Below are positions 37,618-51,279 of a DNA stretch of 64,000 nucleotides, in pieces (position 1 is the stretch's first letter; each line of letters begins with the position of its first letter). Source of the DNA: Centroscyllium fabricii (lineage: Eukaryota). The notes under the pieces were generated by a model. That model searched no databases. It was not told the origin of the DNA and saw only the letters and a program-made list of their open reading frames with translations. A program made the position numbers and the translations under genes. The stretch covers positions 81,282,001-81,346,000 of the forward strand of contig JBNRSN020000012.1 of NCBI GenBank assembly GCA_051313645.2. The letters are read 5' to 3'.

Positions 37618-40600
37618 TGACGTATCGTCAATTAACTCAATAAAGTCAAAGACGAGTAGTGACCTTAACTACAGGCTTTTATTGACTTACTTTGGAGCTA
37701 TACTCCAAGCGAACAACAGGAACAGAATGAACGGGTCCGGTCAGTCCTCAGCTATAAAGGGCCTCACCTGGGGGAGGAGTTAGAGGTGTGGCTGACCTGG
37801 CCCCACGAGAGTGTTGCAACATCTTACTATATACAGTGGCAATATTGGCACCAATATTACAGTGGTAATCAGTACATATATATGGTTACCACATTCACCC
37901 CTTCTTGAAAATTTTAAGTCCAGCGGGGTGAATGGACAGAGCAGTTCATTATCAGTTTGTCCGGCGGTCACGTCTGTCTGGAGGACCGCCGGGGCTCTGG
38001 CAGAAGTTCCGTGTGGTCCGTCCCGCTCGGGTCCGGTGGTGGTGACAGCGGTGCTGGTGCTGAAACTTCAAATGCTGGTGGTAGTGGTTGATCCGAGCCA
38101 TCCGAATGGTGGTCTTGAGCTGGCCACGGCTGGGGCTCTGGATACCTTGGTGGCCACTGTAGGTGCAGGGGGTGTTCGAAATATCATGGCTGGGCGGGCT
38201 GCTGCCCGACCAGTGGCTCTGCTGTGGTGCTCCCGGCAGGCGCTAGGTCCCTGATGGAGATGGTGTCCTCGAGCCCATCCGGGAACTGCACGTAGGCGTA
38301 CTGTGGGTTGGCGTGCAGGAGCTGCACCTTGTCCACCAGGGGGTCGGTCTTGTGGCCGCGGACGTGTTTTCTAAGGAAGACCGGCCCCGGCGTCGTGAGT
38401 CACGGTGGAAGAGCTGTCCCCGAAGTCGACTTCCTGGGAAAGGAAAACATTAAATCATGAGGGGTGGCGTTGGTGGCCGTACATAGCAGAGAGCGTATCG
38501 AGTGCAGCGCGTCGGCGAGGACTGCCTGCCAATGGGACACTGGAAGGCCTCTGGACTTCAGAGCCAGGGTGACCGCCTTCCAGGTGATCCCATTCTCCCT
38601 TTCTATCTGGCCATTCCCACGGGGGTTGTAACTGGTCGTTCTGCTCGAGGCAACCCCTTTCTGGAGCAGAAACTGGCGCAGTTCATCGCTCATGAACGAT
38701 GACCCCCGGTCGCTATGAATGTAGCTGGGGAGACCAAAAATGGCGAACAGCGTGGTGAAGTGTTTTATCACCGTTGCGCTCATCATATCTGGGCAGGGGA
38801 AGGCGAAGAGGAAGCGGGAGAACTCGTCTACGACCGTGAGGAAGTACGAGTTGCGGTCGGTGGTGGGGAGGGGGCCTTTGAAGTCCACGCTTAGACGTTC
38901 AAAGGGGCGGATGGCCTTAATGAGGTGCGCCGTGTCTGGCCTGAAAAATTGGGGTTTGCACTCGGCGCAAACAGGGCACTCTCGGGTCATAGCCTTGATC
39001 TCCGTGATGGAGTAGGGGAGGCTACGGGATCTAACGAAGTGGGCGAGTCTGGTGACACCCGGGTGACAGAGACGATCATGGAGGTCCTTCAGTCGGTCTA
39101 GCTGGGCACTGGCACACGTTCCCCTGGACAGTGCGTCCGGGGGTTCATTGAGTTTGCCTGGTCGGTAAAGAATGTCGTACTCGTAAGTCGAGAGCTCGAT
39201 CCGCCACCGCAGGATCTTATCATTCTTGATCTTACCCTTTTGTTTGTTATTAAACATAAACGCAACCGACCGTTGGTCGGTGAGTAGGGTAAAACGCTTA
39301 CCAGCCAGCTAATGACGCCAATAGCGCACGGCCTCCACGATGGCCTGGGCCTCCTTTTCCACTGCAGAGTGGCGAATTTTGGGTCCCTGTAAGGTGCGGG
39401 AGAAAAACGCCACGGGCCTGCCTGCCTGATTCAGGGTGGCGGCAAGGGCAAAGTCCGAAGCGTCACTCTCCACCTGGAAGGGGATGGATTCATCAACGGC
39501 GTGCATGGTCGCCTTGATGATGTCTTCCTTTATCCGGGCGAATGCCGTTTGGGCTTCTACCGAAAGGGGGAAGGCGGCAGCCTTGAGGAGTGGTCTAGCC
39601 TTGTCCGCGAACTGTGGGACCCATTGTGCGTAATAGGAGAAAAATCGTAGGCATCTCCTCAAGGCTTTGGGGTTGTGAGGAAGGGGCAGTTCCTGCAATG
39701 CTCGCATACGCTGTGGGTCGGGGCCGAGGACCCCATTCTCCACCACATATCCGAGGATGGCGAGCCGATCTGTATTAAAGACACATTTGTCTTTGTTATA
39801 CGTTAGATCCAGCCGTTCCGCCGTGTCAAGGAATTTGGCCAGATTGGCATCATGGTCCTGCTGGTCATGGCCGCAGATAGTCACGTTGTCCAGGTAGGGG
39901 AAGGTGGCCCACAACCCGTTCTGGTCAACCATGCAGTCCATCTCCCGTTGGAACACTGACACTCCGTTGGTCACGCCGAAGGGGACCCGGAGGAAGTGGT
40001 AGAGCCGACCGTTCGCCTCGAAGGCGGTGTACGGGCGGTCGACTTTCTGGATCGGGAGTTGGTGATACGCCGACTTAAGGTCGATTGTGGAGAACACCTT
40101 ATATTGGGCGATCTGGTTGACCATGTCTGAGATACGGGGGAGGGGGGAGGCGTCGAGCCCGGTGTAGCGGTTAATAGTCTGGCTGTAGTCGATAACCAGC
40201 CGCTGTTTCTCGCCAGTCTTCACCACTACAACCTGGGCCCGCCAGGGGCTGGTGCTGGCTTCAATTATCCCCTCCTTCAGCATACGCCCAACCTCCGACC
40301 TGATAAATGTCCGATCCCCCACACTGTACCGCCGACTCTTGGTAGCAATAGGCTTGCAGTTGGGGTCGAGATTGGCAAACAGTGAGGGGGGGTCGATTTT
40401 CAGAATGGAGAGGCCGCAGGCCGGGCTCCGCTTTGGGAAGGGACTGTCCCGGCTACTGACGGTGAGGGGGGGGCAGGGTCCCGCCGAACTCCATTGTCAC
40501 GCTCTTAAGGTGGCACTGGAAATCCAGTCCCAGTAAGGTTGGGGCGCACAGTTGCTTGAGGATGTACAACTTAAAGTTGCGGTACACACAACCCTTGACT

Positions 40601-42483
40601 GTGAGCGTGACGGAGCAGTAGCCGGTGATGTCCGCGGTGTGGGACTGTGAAGCAAGGGAGACTTGGTAGCTCGTGGGCAGGATCTGCAGTCCATAGCGCC
40701 GCGCTGTATCAGGGTGGATGAAGCTCTCTGTGCTTCCAGTGTCGAACAGGCAATTGGTAGTATGGCCGTTCACTTTAATCGGCATAATCGAGTTCGATAG
40801 GGTCTGCGGCCTAGCCTGGTCGACTTTTGGTATGGCTGAGGCCGAGGTGTGTGTTTGTGTGTGGGGGCCCCCTGCTGGTTGGGGCTGAACACAAGATGGC
40901 GGCGCCCGTGGTTCGCACATGGCGGGCCGCTGGGGACAAGATGGCGGTGCCGGGGGGTCGCACATGGCGGGCCGCTGGAGACAAGATGGCGGCGCCGAGC
41001 GGTCGCTCATGGTGGGCCATTGGAGGCAAGATGGCGGCACTCGTGGTTCGCACGCGGCTGACCGCTGTTTGCGCGCTGGCGGCACACGCAGCGGGCCGCG
41101 GTGGCTGGGTTGGCGGTGCCCGTGGTTCGCACGCAGCGAGCCGCGGTGGTTGGGTTGGCGGTGCCCGTGATTTGCACGCAGCGGGCCGCGCTGGGCATGC
41201 TGCCGGCATTAGGGGGGTCGCGCCTGGCCAGCCGTGGCTGAGCTTGGCGTACCGTGGGTGCAGCCGGCCCATTGCCGCATCAGGGTGGGAGATGGGGGCG
41301 CTTTTTCTCTACCCCCGGACCGTCGCTGGAACGCGCTGCAATTGCAGCTTACCTGAGGCCTGGCGGAGCTTTCACAGGCTGCGCTGTTTTACCTGGAGTT
41401 GGGCGCTGGTGCTGATCTGCAGGCCTTTGCATAGTGTCCCTTCTTGGAGCACCTCTCGCAGGTCACGGTCTTCGCTGGGCATCTCGCCCGTGGATGTAAT
41501 CCCTGGCCGCAGAAGTAGCACCTTCTGTCCGCCTGCGTCTTTGCGGCTGTCGCTGCCATCGTGGGGGTCTAGATCCGTTGCGGTGTTGTCCAGGCCTGGG
41601 CCCGTTGTGGTGCAGCCCACGCGTCATAGACCTGCGGGTTTGTGCCGCTGTACGCCTGCAGCTTGTTGCGTGCACCTTCTACCGAGTTCGCGATGGAGAT
41701 CGCTTCCTCTAGGGTTAGGGAATCTTTTTCTAGCAGCCGCTGGCGGGCCTCAATGCACCTTAGGCCTGTTACGTAGGCATCACGGACGAGGAGATTCGTC
41801 TCCTCCTCTGCTGTCCGTGGTTGGCAGCCACAGACCCACCGTACCAGGGCCTGGCGTGCTTGCTCGAACTGTTCATTCGACTCACCCGGTAGTTGTGGTC
41901 TGGTCGCGAGCACATGTCTGGCGTAGACAGAGTGGACCGGGCGCTCGTAGCATTTTCGCAGTTTCTCCACTGCCGCTGGGTACGTTTTGGCGTCCCGGAT
42001 GAGGGAGAATACTCGGCTGGAGATCCTGGACCGGAGAACCTGTAGCTTGTTCCCGTCGGTTGTAGCCTTGGTGGCGTCCATGTAGGCTTCCAGGAGACCG
42101 GACCAGTGTTCGAAGGTAGTGGCGGTGGCTGGGTCCTGTGGACTGGTGTCCAGCTTCTCTGGTTTTACCGCACCGCTCTCCATTTCAAATTTTTAAGTCA
42201 ATAAAATTGACGTATCGTCAATTAACTCAATAAAGTCAAAGACGAGTAGTGACCTTAACTATAGGCTTTTATTGACTTACTTTGGAGCTATACTCCAAGC
42301 GAACAACAGGAACAGAATGAACGGGTCCGGTCAGTCCTCACCTATAAAGGGCCTCACCTGGGGGAGGAGTTAGAGGTGTGGCTGACCTGGCCCCACGACA
42401 GTGTCGCAACATCTTACTATATACAGTGGCAATATTGGCACCAATATTACAGTAGTAATCAGTACATATATATGGTTACCACA
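37618..42483 (-). mobile_element. Gypsy family A copy 3, full length (5' LTR 42208-42483, 3' LTR 37618-37893)
   Basis: 276-bp LTRs with about 5 differences by eye; 5-bp TSD AAGAG at 37613-37617 and 42484-42488; gag ATG at 42183; FDTGS, YLDN and integrase present, with several stops and frameshifts. Confidence 0.96.
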
Positions 42484-42627
42484 AAGAGTCAACCACATTG
42501 CTGTGGGTCTGGAGTCACATGTAGGCCAGACCAGGTAAGGACAGCAGATTTCCTTCCCTAAAGGACATTAGTGAACCAGATGGGTTTTTGCAACAATCGA
42601 CAATGGTATCCTGGTCACCATTACTAT

Positions 42628-43337
42628 TGCCCCGGTTTCACTGGAGGCTAAGAATATCAAGAATATCAAGAATCGTCACGTTTCGAAATTCGTGGCGATT
42701 CGGCAAAAAATGCGAAAATTCGTGGTTAATTCTTGGCGATTCTTGGTTAATTCTTGGCGATTCTGGACAAGGTTATGAATCTATCACGAATTATTGTAGG
42801 AATGAGGTACGAATCACTCACGAATATGCAGAATTAATTTACGAATCCACTACGACCTCCACGATTAAGGTACGAATTCTACGAATTATCTACGAATTAT
42901 CTACGAATTGCACTCGTAGTGCATTCGTAGGACATTCGTGGACATTCGTGGACATTCGTGATGTACTCGGCGTGGTTCCACGAATTTGAGACAATCAAGA
43001 ATGCCCAAGAATAGGCAAGAATGCACTACGAATCGATTACGAACCCGTTAAGGACGGTAAGAAAGGGTAACGAACGATAAGAAAGGGTCACAAATTGTTT
43101 AGGAATCTATCACGAATTGGACATTCGTTAACCCTCCCACGAAATTTTTTGACAAACAAAAACTTTCTTGAAAAATCAAAGAAATCACGCGAACTTCCGC
43201 GAACTCTACGAATCCGCTACGAATCCACTACGAATCAACCACGAATCGTTTACGAATTGCAAGAATTACCCACGAATCGGACAAATTTCAGATTCGGGAC
43301 GATTCGGCAATTCGTAGCCTCCAGTGAAAGCGGGGCA
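42628..43337. mobile_element. Harbinger-type MITE dense in ACGAAT/ATTCGT motifs
   Basis: 23-bp TIRs tgccccggtttcactggaggcta / tagcctccagtgaaagcggggca with 1 mismatch, inserted at a TAA site of the SINE (flanks tat and taa). Confidence 0.88.
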
Positions 43338-43530
43338 TAAGACTAACATTTAATTCCAGAATTAAATTGAATTGAATTTAAATTCCACCAGCTGCCGTGG
43401 TGGGATTTAACTAAAGTTAACTAAATCTGGCCATGGTGAGGCCATCCCTGGTCTCCTGGGCAGTAATGTGCTCGGGTGCTGATGCCTTGTGTCCTGTGCA
43501 GCATCAGGTGACTGTGGAGAAGGTTGGTGT

Positions 43531-43970
43531 TACATAGGATATACGGCACAGAAACAGGCCATTCGGCCCAACCCGTCCATGCCGGTGGTTATGCTCCACA
43601 CGAGCCTCCTCCCGTCTTTCCTCATCTAAATCTATCAGCATTACCCTCTATTCCGTTCTTCTTCATATGCTTGTCTAGCCTCCCCTTAAATGTATTTATT
43701 CTATTCGCTCCAACCACTCCCTGTGGTAGCAAATTCCACATTCTCACCACTCTTTGGGTAAAGAAGTTTCTTCTGAATTCCCTGTTGGATTTCTGAGTGA
43801 ATATTTTATATTGATGTCCTCCAGTTATGCTCTTCCCCACAAGTGGAAATATTCTCTCTGTATCCACTCCATCAACATCTTTCAGAATTTTAAAGACCTC
43901 TATTAGGTCACCCCTCAGCCGTCTATTTTCAAGAGAAAAGAGACCCAGCCTGTTCATCCTTTCCTGATAG
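43531..43970 (-). mobile_element. CR1 LINE 3' fragment with a different 3' UTR
   Basis: LGLFSLENRRLRGDLIEVFKIL...NFFTQRVVRMWNLLP. Confidence 0.9.
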
Positions 43971-44257
43971 GAGGCAGCAGGAATCGGGTGCCCAGCTCAG
44001 CAATGGCAGAAAGGCCGCAGAACACGGGACCAAGCCCAGCAAAGGCAGTCGGACATCGGACGTCGAATCAAAGTGGGTCCAGGACAGCGACAGAAGCAGT
44101 CGGACATCGGACGTCGATGGTGAGACACAGACAACGGCAGCAGCAGTCGCACATCGGGGTCGACCGAGGAGATCCAGAGCGGCAGAGCCAGTCACAAACG
44201 GTGGTTGTCGAGGAACAAGGTTGGTCCTCCAACCGCAGGAAAGCAACAGAGTACAGG

Positions 44258-46751
44258 TAGAAACATAGAAACATAGAGGATAGGAGCGGGAGTAGGCCAT
44301 TCGGCCCTTCGAGCCTGCTCCGCCATTTAACGAGATCATGGCTGATCTTACAAGTTCAGCACCCTGTCCCTGCCTTCTCCCCATATCCCTTAATCCCTTT
44401 AGCCTGAAGAAATATATCCAGTTCCCTCTTGAATATATTCAATGAACCGGCCTCCACCGCCCTCTGTGGCAAAGAATTCCACAGGTTCACCACTCTCTGT
44501 GTGAAGAATTTCCTCCTTATCTCAGTCCCAAATGGCTTACCCCTTATCCTTAGACTATGCCCCCTGGTTCTGGACTGCCCCACCATCGGAAACATCCTTT
44601 CTGCATCTAACCTGTCCAGACCTGACAGAATTTTATAAGTCTCGATGAGATCCCCTCTTAATCTTCTAAACTCCAGCGAGTATAAGCCCAGACTACACAA
44701 TCTCTCCTCATAAGTCATTCCTGCCATCCCAGGTATCAGCCTGGTGAATCGTCGCTGCACTCCCTCCATGGCAAGAACATCTTTCCTCAGATGAGGCGAC
44801 CAAAACTGCACACAATACTCAAGGTGTGGCCTCACCAAGGCCCTGTACAGCTGCAGCAAGACATCACTATTCCTATACTCAAACCCTCTTGATATAAAGG
44901 CCAACATACCATTTGCCTTTTTAACCGCCTGCTGCACCTGCATGCTCACCTTCAGTGACTGGTGCACAAGAACACCCAGATCTCTTTGCACTTCCCCATC
45001 TCCCAATCTATTGCCGTTCAAATAATAATCTGCCTTCCTGTTTTTGCTACCAAAGTGGATAACCTCACATTTATCCACATTATAGTGCATTTGCCATGTA
45101 TTTGCCAATCCCCCAATCTGTCCAAATCGTACTGGAGCTTCCTGACATCCTCCTCAGAGCATACTCCCCATCCTAGCTTAGTGTCGTCTGCGAATTTGGA
45201 GATGTTACATCCAATTCCCTCATCCAGGTCATTAATATATATTGTGAACAGCTGGGGGCCCAGTACAGACCCCTGCGGTACCCCACTAGTCACTGCCCGC
45301 CAATCAGAAAACAACCCGTTTATCCCAACTCTCTGTTTTCTATCTGCCAACCAGTTCTCTATCCACGTCAATACCCTGCCCCCAATCCTATGAGCCTTAA
45401 TTTTACATGCCAATCTCCTATGAGGGACCTTGTCAAAGGCTTTCTGGAAGTCTAGATAAACCACATCTACTGGCTCTCCCCTATCTATTTTATCAGTTAC
45501 ATCCTCAAAGAATTCCAATAGATTAGTCAAGCACGATTTACCTTTTGTAAATCCATGTTGACTCTGTCCGATCCCATCACTATTTGTCAAGTGATCTGCT
45601 ATTACGTCCTTAATAATGGACTCTGGCATTTTGCCCACAACCGATGTAAGGCTTACCGGTCTATAATTCCCCGCTTTCTCTCTACCCCCCTTTTTGAATA
45701 GTGGGGTAACATTAGCCACCCTCCAATCCATGGGCACCGTTCCAGAATCTATCGAGTTCTGGAAAATGATCCTCAAAGCATCTGCTATCTCCAGGGCCAC
45801 TTCCTTAAGCACCCTAGGATGCAGATTATCAGGCCCTGGGGATTTGTCGGCCTTTAATCCCTTCAACTTCCCGGACACCATATCCTTAGAAATATTGATT
45901 TCTTTCAGTTCCTCCCTTGCATTAGTCCCTATGTTTCCCGACATTTCTGGGAGGTTATTTGTGTCCTCCTTTGTGAAGACAGAACCAAAATATGAATTTA
46001 ATTGGTCCACCATTTCCTTGTTCCCCATTATATATTCTCCTGATTCAGACTGCAAGGGCCCGACTCTGGATTTCACCAGTCTCTTCCTTTTAATGTATCT
46101 ATAAAAGGCTTTGCAGTCAGTTTTTATGTTTGCCGCAAGCTTTCTTTCGTAATCTATTTTCCGCTTCTTAATTAAACCCTTTGTCCTCCTTTGCTGTATC
46201 GTGAATTGTTCCCAATCGTCAGGTTTGGTGCTTTTTTTGGCCAGTTGATATGTCCTTTCTTTGGATTTTATGTTATCCCTAATTTCCCTTGTTATCCACG
46301 GTTGAGTCACCTTTTTTGGTTTATTTTTATGCCAAACTGGTATAAACAAGCTCTGCGCTTCTTCCATTCAATCTTTGAATGCCTGCCATTGTTGATCCAC
46401 CGTCAGCCCCCTGAGCGATACCCCCCAATCAATTGTACCCAACTCTCGTCTCATACCATCATAGTCCCCTTTTCTTAAATTCAGGACCTTAGTCTCTGAG
46501 TCAATTTCTTCGCTCTCCATCTTGAGTGAGAATTCGATCATATTATGATCGCTCTGACCCAATGGGCCTCGTACAACAAGATTGCTAATTAATCCTTTCT
46601 CATTGCACAGTACCCAGTCTAAGATGGCCTGATCCTGAGTTGGTTCCTCGACATATTGGTCCAGGAAACCGTCTCGTATACACTCCAGAAATTCCTCCTC
46701 CATCGTGTTGTTACTAATCTGGCTAGTCCAATTTATATGTAAATTAAAGTC
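44258..46751 (-). mobile_element. Long CR1 ORF2 fragment (end of endonuclease through RT to 3' tail)
   Basis: DFNLHINW...LDWVL...LGQSDHNMI; [32 protein letters not shown]. Tandem duplication of about 23 bp at the 5' junction (46726-46773). Confidence 0.95.
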
Positions 46752-46774
46752 CAATTTATATGTAAATTAAAGTA

Positions 46775-49700
46775 GACCGCAATCCTTCCCAAAGACCGCG
46801 GGGGAAATCGGAAACTCAGCGGGGAAGGACAGAAAAAAGCGGGGCACGCCATCTTGGAGGCGGGAAAAGCGCCGGAAGAGAAGCGGGAAGGTGGGAAAAA
46901 CGCCATCTTTAGGCGGGAAAAGTGCCAGAAGAGCAGCGGAAAGGCAGTAAAATGCCATCTTTAGGCGGGAAAGTGCCAGAAGAAAAGCGGGAAAAGACAC
47001 CATTTTGAACGCTTCAGAATAAAATAACCATGGCTAGATTAAACAATTTTGGGGCCTTCCAGCCAGAGAAGGAAAACTGGGAAGCATACATAAGAAATAG
47101 GAGCAGGAGTAGGCCAATCGGCCCCTCGAGCCCGCTCCGCCATTCAATAAGATCATGGCTGATCCTACCCTAACCTTCTTCCCACAATCACCCTTCATCC
47201 CACCCAAAAAACCATGTGATCTCCTGGGAGAGGCGAAAAAACGGATAAAAACCCAGGTCCAATTTGGGAAAAAAATCTGGGAAATTCCTCTCCGACCCCA
47301 ATCTAGGCGATCGAAAGTGCAACAAAGTAAACACATTATTGAATGCAATGGGACCTGAAACTTACAGGTTGTTAAGAACCCTGGTGTCCCCAGACTAGCC
47401 AGCGGACAAAATGCTGCAAAAGATCATAAACGTTTCAAGGGAGAATTTAAACCCCAAACCCCCATTTATAGTAGAACGCTTCAAGTTCTTTAAAAGGGAA
47501 CACCAAAGAGTAGAGTCACAGTCAGAGTACACAATGGAACTCAGAAGACTGTCAAAGAACTGTGCCTTTGGGGATGAACTGCCCAACTACTTAAGGGACA
47601 GATTTGTGTGTGGAATTTTGGATGATTCCACACAAAAGAAACATTTAGCCAAAAAGACGCTCACATTAGAGCAGGCGATAGAAACTGCTGCAGCACACGA
47701 GGCAGCTGCTGCAGGGGCAGCCGAGATTAGAAACAATGGGATCTACCAGGAGACCCATGAAATTACAACACACACACTAAAAAGTGCAACCGCTGTGGCA
47801 AGACCACACATGACCAGAGTAGGTGTTGGCCTAAAGACAAGGACTGTAGACAGTGTGGCAAGGTAGGCCACATAGCGACGGCTTGCAGATCTGGGAAGCT
47901 ATCTAAAATGCCACAGAGACAGTTCAGGCCTAAGAAAATAAACAAGCTAGCGGAAGACGGTTCGGATAATGAATCAGAAAAATCTAATAGAGACGAATGG
48001 GGTCTGGGAAGTCTCAAGGTCCACAACATGGGCAATTCCACAGATCGTAGTGTTATATGGGTTCCTCTCAAAGTTGCGGGAGTAGAGATATCTATGGAAT
48101 TAGACACGGGGTCAGCACTCTCGGTGATTAACGAAAAACTTTACAAGAAGGCATTCAGAGGGGCACCTCTAGAAAAATCCCCAGTCATCCTAAAAACATA
48201 TACTGGGCAAAAATTTCGGACAATAGGGAGGCTGCCCGTTACAGTCCAATACATTGGTAAGCAAATAAAGGGAGTGTACGTATATGTCCTAAAGGATGGT
48301 GGAGCACAACTCCTGGGGCGGGAATGGATCAGAAGGATCAACCTCGACTGGAGTACAATAAACAAGCTCCAGATTCGAGCAAGACCAATGATAAACCATC
48401 GGTTGCTAGGAGACTAGCCACAATATTGGAGAAAAACCCAGAGGTTTTCCAACCTGGCCTGGGGAAGTTAAAAAATATTAACGCAAGAGTGATGATTACA
48501 CAAGGGACAACCCCAATATTTGCTAAAGCATGGCCAGTACCTTACACCATAAGACCGGTTGTGGAGGCAGAGCTAGAGACCTTGGAAGCAGAAGGGGTTT
48601 TGTCAAAGGTCGAATGGAGTGAGTGGGCAACGCCCATCGTACCAGTAATCAAAAGAATGCAAAACAAGGAAGGGGAACAGAAAAAAGTTCACATTTGTGG
48701 GGACTTCAAGATGACCGTTAATCCTGATTTAAAGGTTGTACAGTACCCATTACCAAGAATTGAAGACATTTTTGCTTCTTCAGCAGGTGGGAAACACTTC
48801 AGTAAGATTGACCTTTCACAAGCGTACCTCCAAATGGAGGTGGAGCAGGATTCCAGGAAGCTGTTGACCATCAATACACATAAAGGGCTGTACCAATACA
48901 ACCGAATGGTTTTCGGAATTGCATCAGCTCCAGCCATATGGCAGAGGGCCATGGACTAGGTATTGCAGGGTATTCCAGGGACGCAATGCTACTTGGATGA
49001 CATTTTAGTAACGGGAAAAACAGATGGGGAACATTTGGCCAATCTAGAAATGGTTTTAGAGAGACTAAAGGAATATGGTCTACGGGCCAACAAACAAAAG
49101 TGCGAATTCTTCAAAGACTGCATTTCATACTGCGGACACGAAATAGATAGCGAGGGTCTCCATAAATCACCAGACAAGATTGCGGCCGTTGTAATTGCGC
49201 CAAACCCAGAAAATGTTTCCCAGTTATGGTCATTCCTGGGACTCATAAATTATTACCATAAGTTTTTACCCAACTTGTCAACAGTGCTTTACCCATTGAA
49301 TGCACTACTTCAGGTGGGAACACCCTGGAAGTGGGAGAAAACCTGTGAGGCAGCTTTCCTGAAAAGGAAAAAGATGATCACCTCAAAAGATTAATTTTGA
49401 CCCCAGTCTACCCATCAAACTGGCATGCGATACATCCCCTTATGGCTTTGGTGTGGTGCTAGCCCACAAATGCCCTGACGGGTCTGAAAGACCAATAGCA
49501 TTTGCTTCAAAATCTCTCACCACAGCAGAAAATAATTATGCACAGATAGACTGTGAAGCACTCAGCCTGGTGTGGGGGGTGAAAAAGTTTCACCACTATT
49601 TACACGGCCAAAAATTTACATTACTAACTGACCACCAACCCTTGGTCTCCATCTTTCACCCAGAAAAAGCAGTACCCCAGATGACAGCCCAAAGGCTGCA

Positions 49701-51275
49701 AAGATGGGCATTGTTCTTGGGTGCACATAAATACACCATAGAACACAAAGGAACCAAGAGGCATGGCAATGCGGACGGCCTGTCTCGGTTACCTCTGCTA
49801 GAAACAGAAGATGGGGGACAACAGGATCCCCTAGAACTATATCACACAGCAGAAGTGGAGCAATTGCCCATTACCAGCCAACAAATAGAGAGGGAAACTA
49901 GGAATGACCCCTGTCTTTCAAAAATTCATAGCATCGTGATGAAAGGGTGGTCCAGGGAGGATCTCAATCTATGGCCAGATTACGCTACTAGGAAAGACCA
50001 GTTATTGGTCTGCCGGGGCACGTTAATGTGCGGGGGCCGAGTGGTGATTCTACTCAAATTACATAACCAAATTTTAATTGACTTACACGAGGGACACTTG
50101 GGCGGGGTCAAGATGAAGTCCTTAGACAGAGCATGCGTGTGATGGCCTAGAATCGATAAAGACATCGAACAACTGGCTAAAGAATGTACAGGTTGCCAGA
50201 TGGTACAGAATGCACCGCCCCAGGCACCCCTACACCCTTGGGAGTGGCCATCATCCCCATGGCAAAGGATCCATATCGACTTTGCAGGGCCATTTATGGA
50301 CTCCATGTTCCTGGTGGTAGTGGACGCCCATTCCAAATGGCCAGAGGTAATAAAATGTCCTCCACCACAGCGGAGAAGACAATCACAGTTCTCCGAACCA
50401 TATTCGCCAGAAATGGCATACCGGAACAAATTTGTTCTGACAATGGACCTCAATTTGTGCCTGAGGAGTTTCAAGCGTTCTTAAAAAGAAACGAAATACA
50501 ACATTATAAATCGGCACCTTATCACCTGGCCACTAATGGATTGGCTGAAAGGTTCGTTCAGACTTTCAAAAAGGCCATAAAAGCCACTGGGGGAGGAAAG
50601 TTGGATTTACAACACAAAATAGATCATTTTCTATTTGCATACCGTAATGTTGCTCATGCAACAACTAATCAAGCACCTGCAGTCTTATTCTTTAACAGGA
50701 GATTACGTAACAGATTGGATCTGTTACAACCAAACATCAGACGCGATGTAGAAAACATGATCTTCCAAAAAGCTTCTGACCGGGTAACCAGAAGCTTCGA
50801 TGTGGGTCAAGATGTGTTGGCCAGAGACTATAGACATGATAAATGGCAGGCTGGAACAATCAGTCATCGACAAGGACCAATATCATACACTGTGGACATG
50901 CCAGAGGGGCAAATTAGAAGACACGCTGATCAAATTGTAAAGGCTACGGTAGCCAATAATGAGTTACTCCAAACCACAGCGTCAACAGAACATACAATCT
51001 CCCACAACAATACAGCAGAAGACAAGGCACTTGAGGAATGTCTACCAGAGGTAGACGTGGACTCTGAGTCATCAAGGATCACTTCCACACCGGCCGTTAG
51101 AAGGTGGTATCCAACTAGAGACCACAGACCCCCACAAAGACTGAACCTGTAACTTGTACATATCTTATTATTATATAAATAGTTAATTGTTAGTCCCCTC
51201 GTATTCTGAAATGTTGTACCGTAAAGGTAAATTAAGAGGGGAGGAATGTGGTGTATGTACCTTTAAGGTTTTATA
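46775..51275 (+). mobile_element. Gypsy element D (Mag-like), degenerate, LTRs largely lost
   Basis: gag starts MARLNNFGAFQPEKENWEAY at 47030; LRDRFVCG; double zinc knuckle; ELDTGSALS; CYLDDILV; IHIDFAGP; SDNGPQF; RPPQRL. PPT aagaggggaggaa then TGT at 51247. Confidence 0.9.
47088..47315 (-). mobile_element. Short CR1-tailed insertion in gag of element D
   Basis: CR1-type 3' end (gatcagccatgatc...ggcctactcctgctcctat) joined to about 150 nt not matching the other CR1 UTRs here. Confidence 0.7.
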
Positions 51276-51279
51276 CCGG

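Larger units (their letters stand above)
37442..43410 (-). mobile_element. SINE split into three pieces (37442-37617, 42484-42627, 43338-43410)
   Basis: Removing the two insertions restores a sequence collinear with 1263-1632. Confidence 0.85.

Noticed and set aside
40827-42002. 391-aa antisense ORF as an accessory gene
   Set aside because: GC-rich shadow frame of gag and the 45-bp repeats; not preserved at this length in copy 1.
42588-43340. ORFs of 133 aa and 81 aa as genes
   Set aside because: Low-complexity translations of the hexamer-rich MITE.
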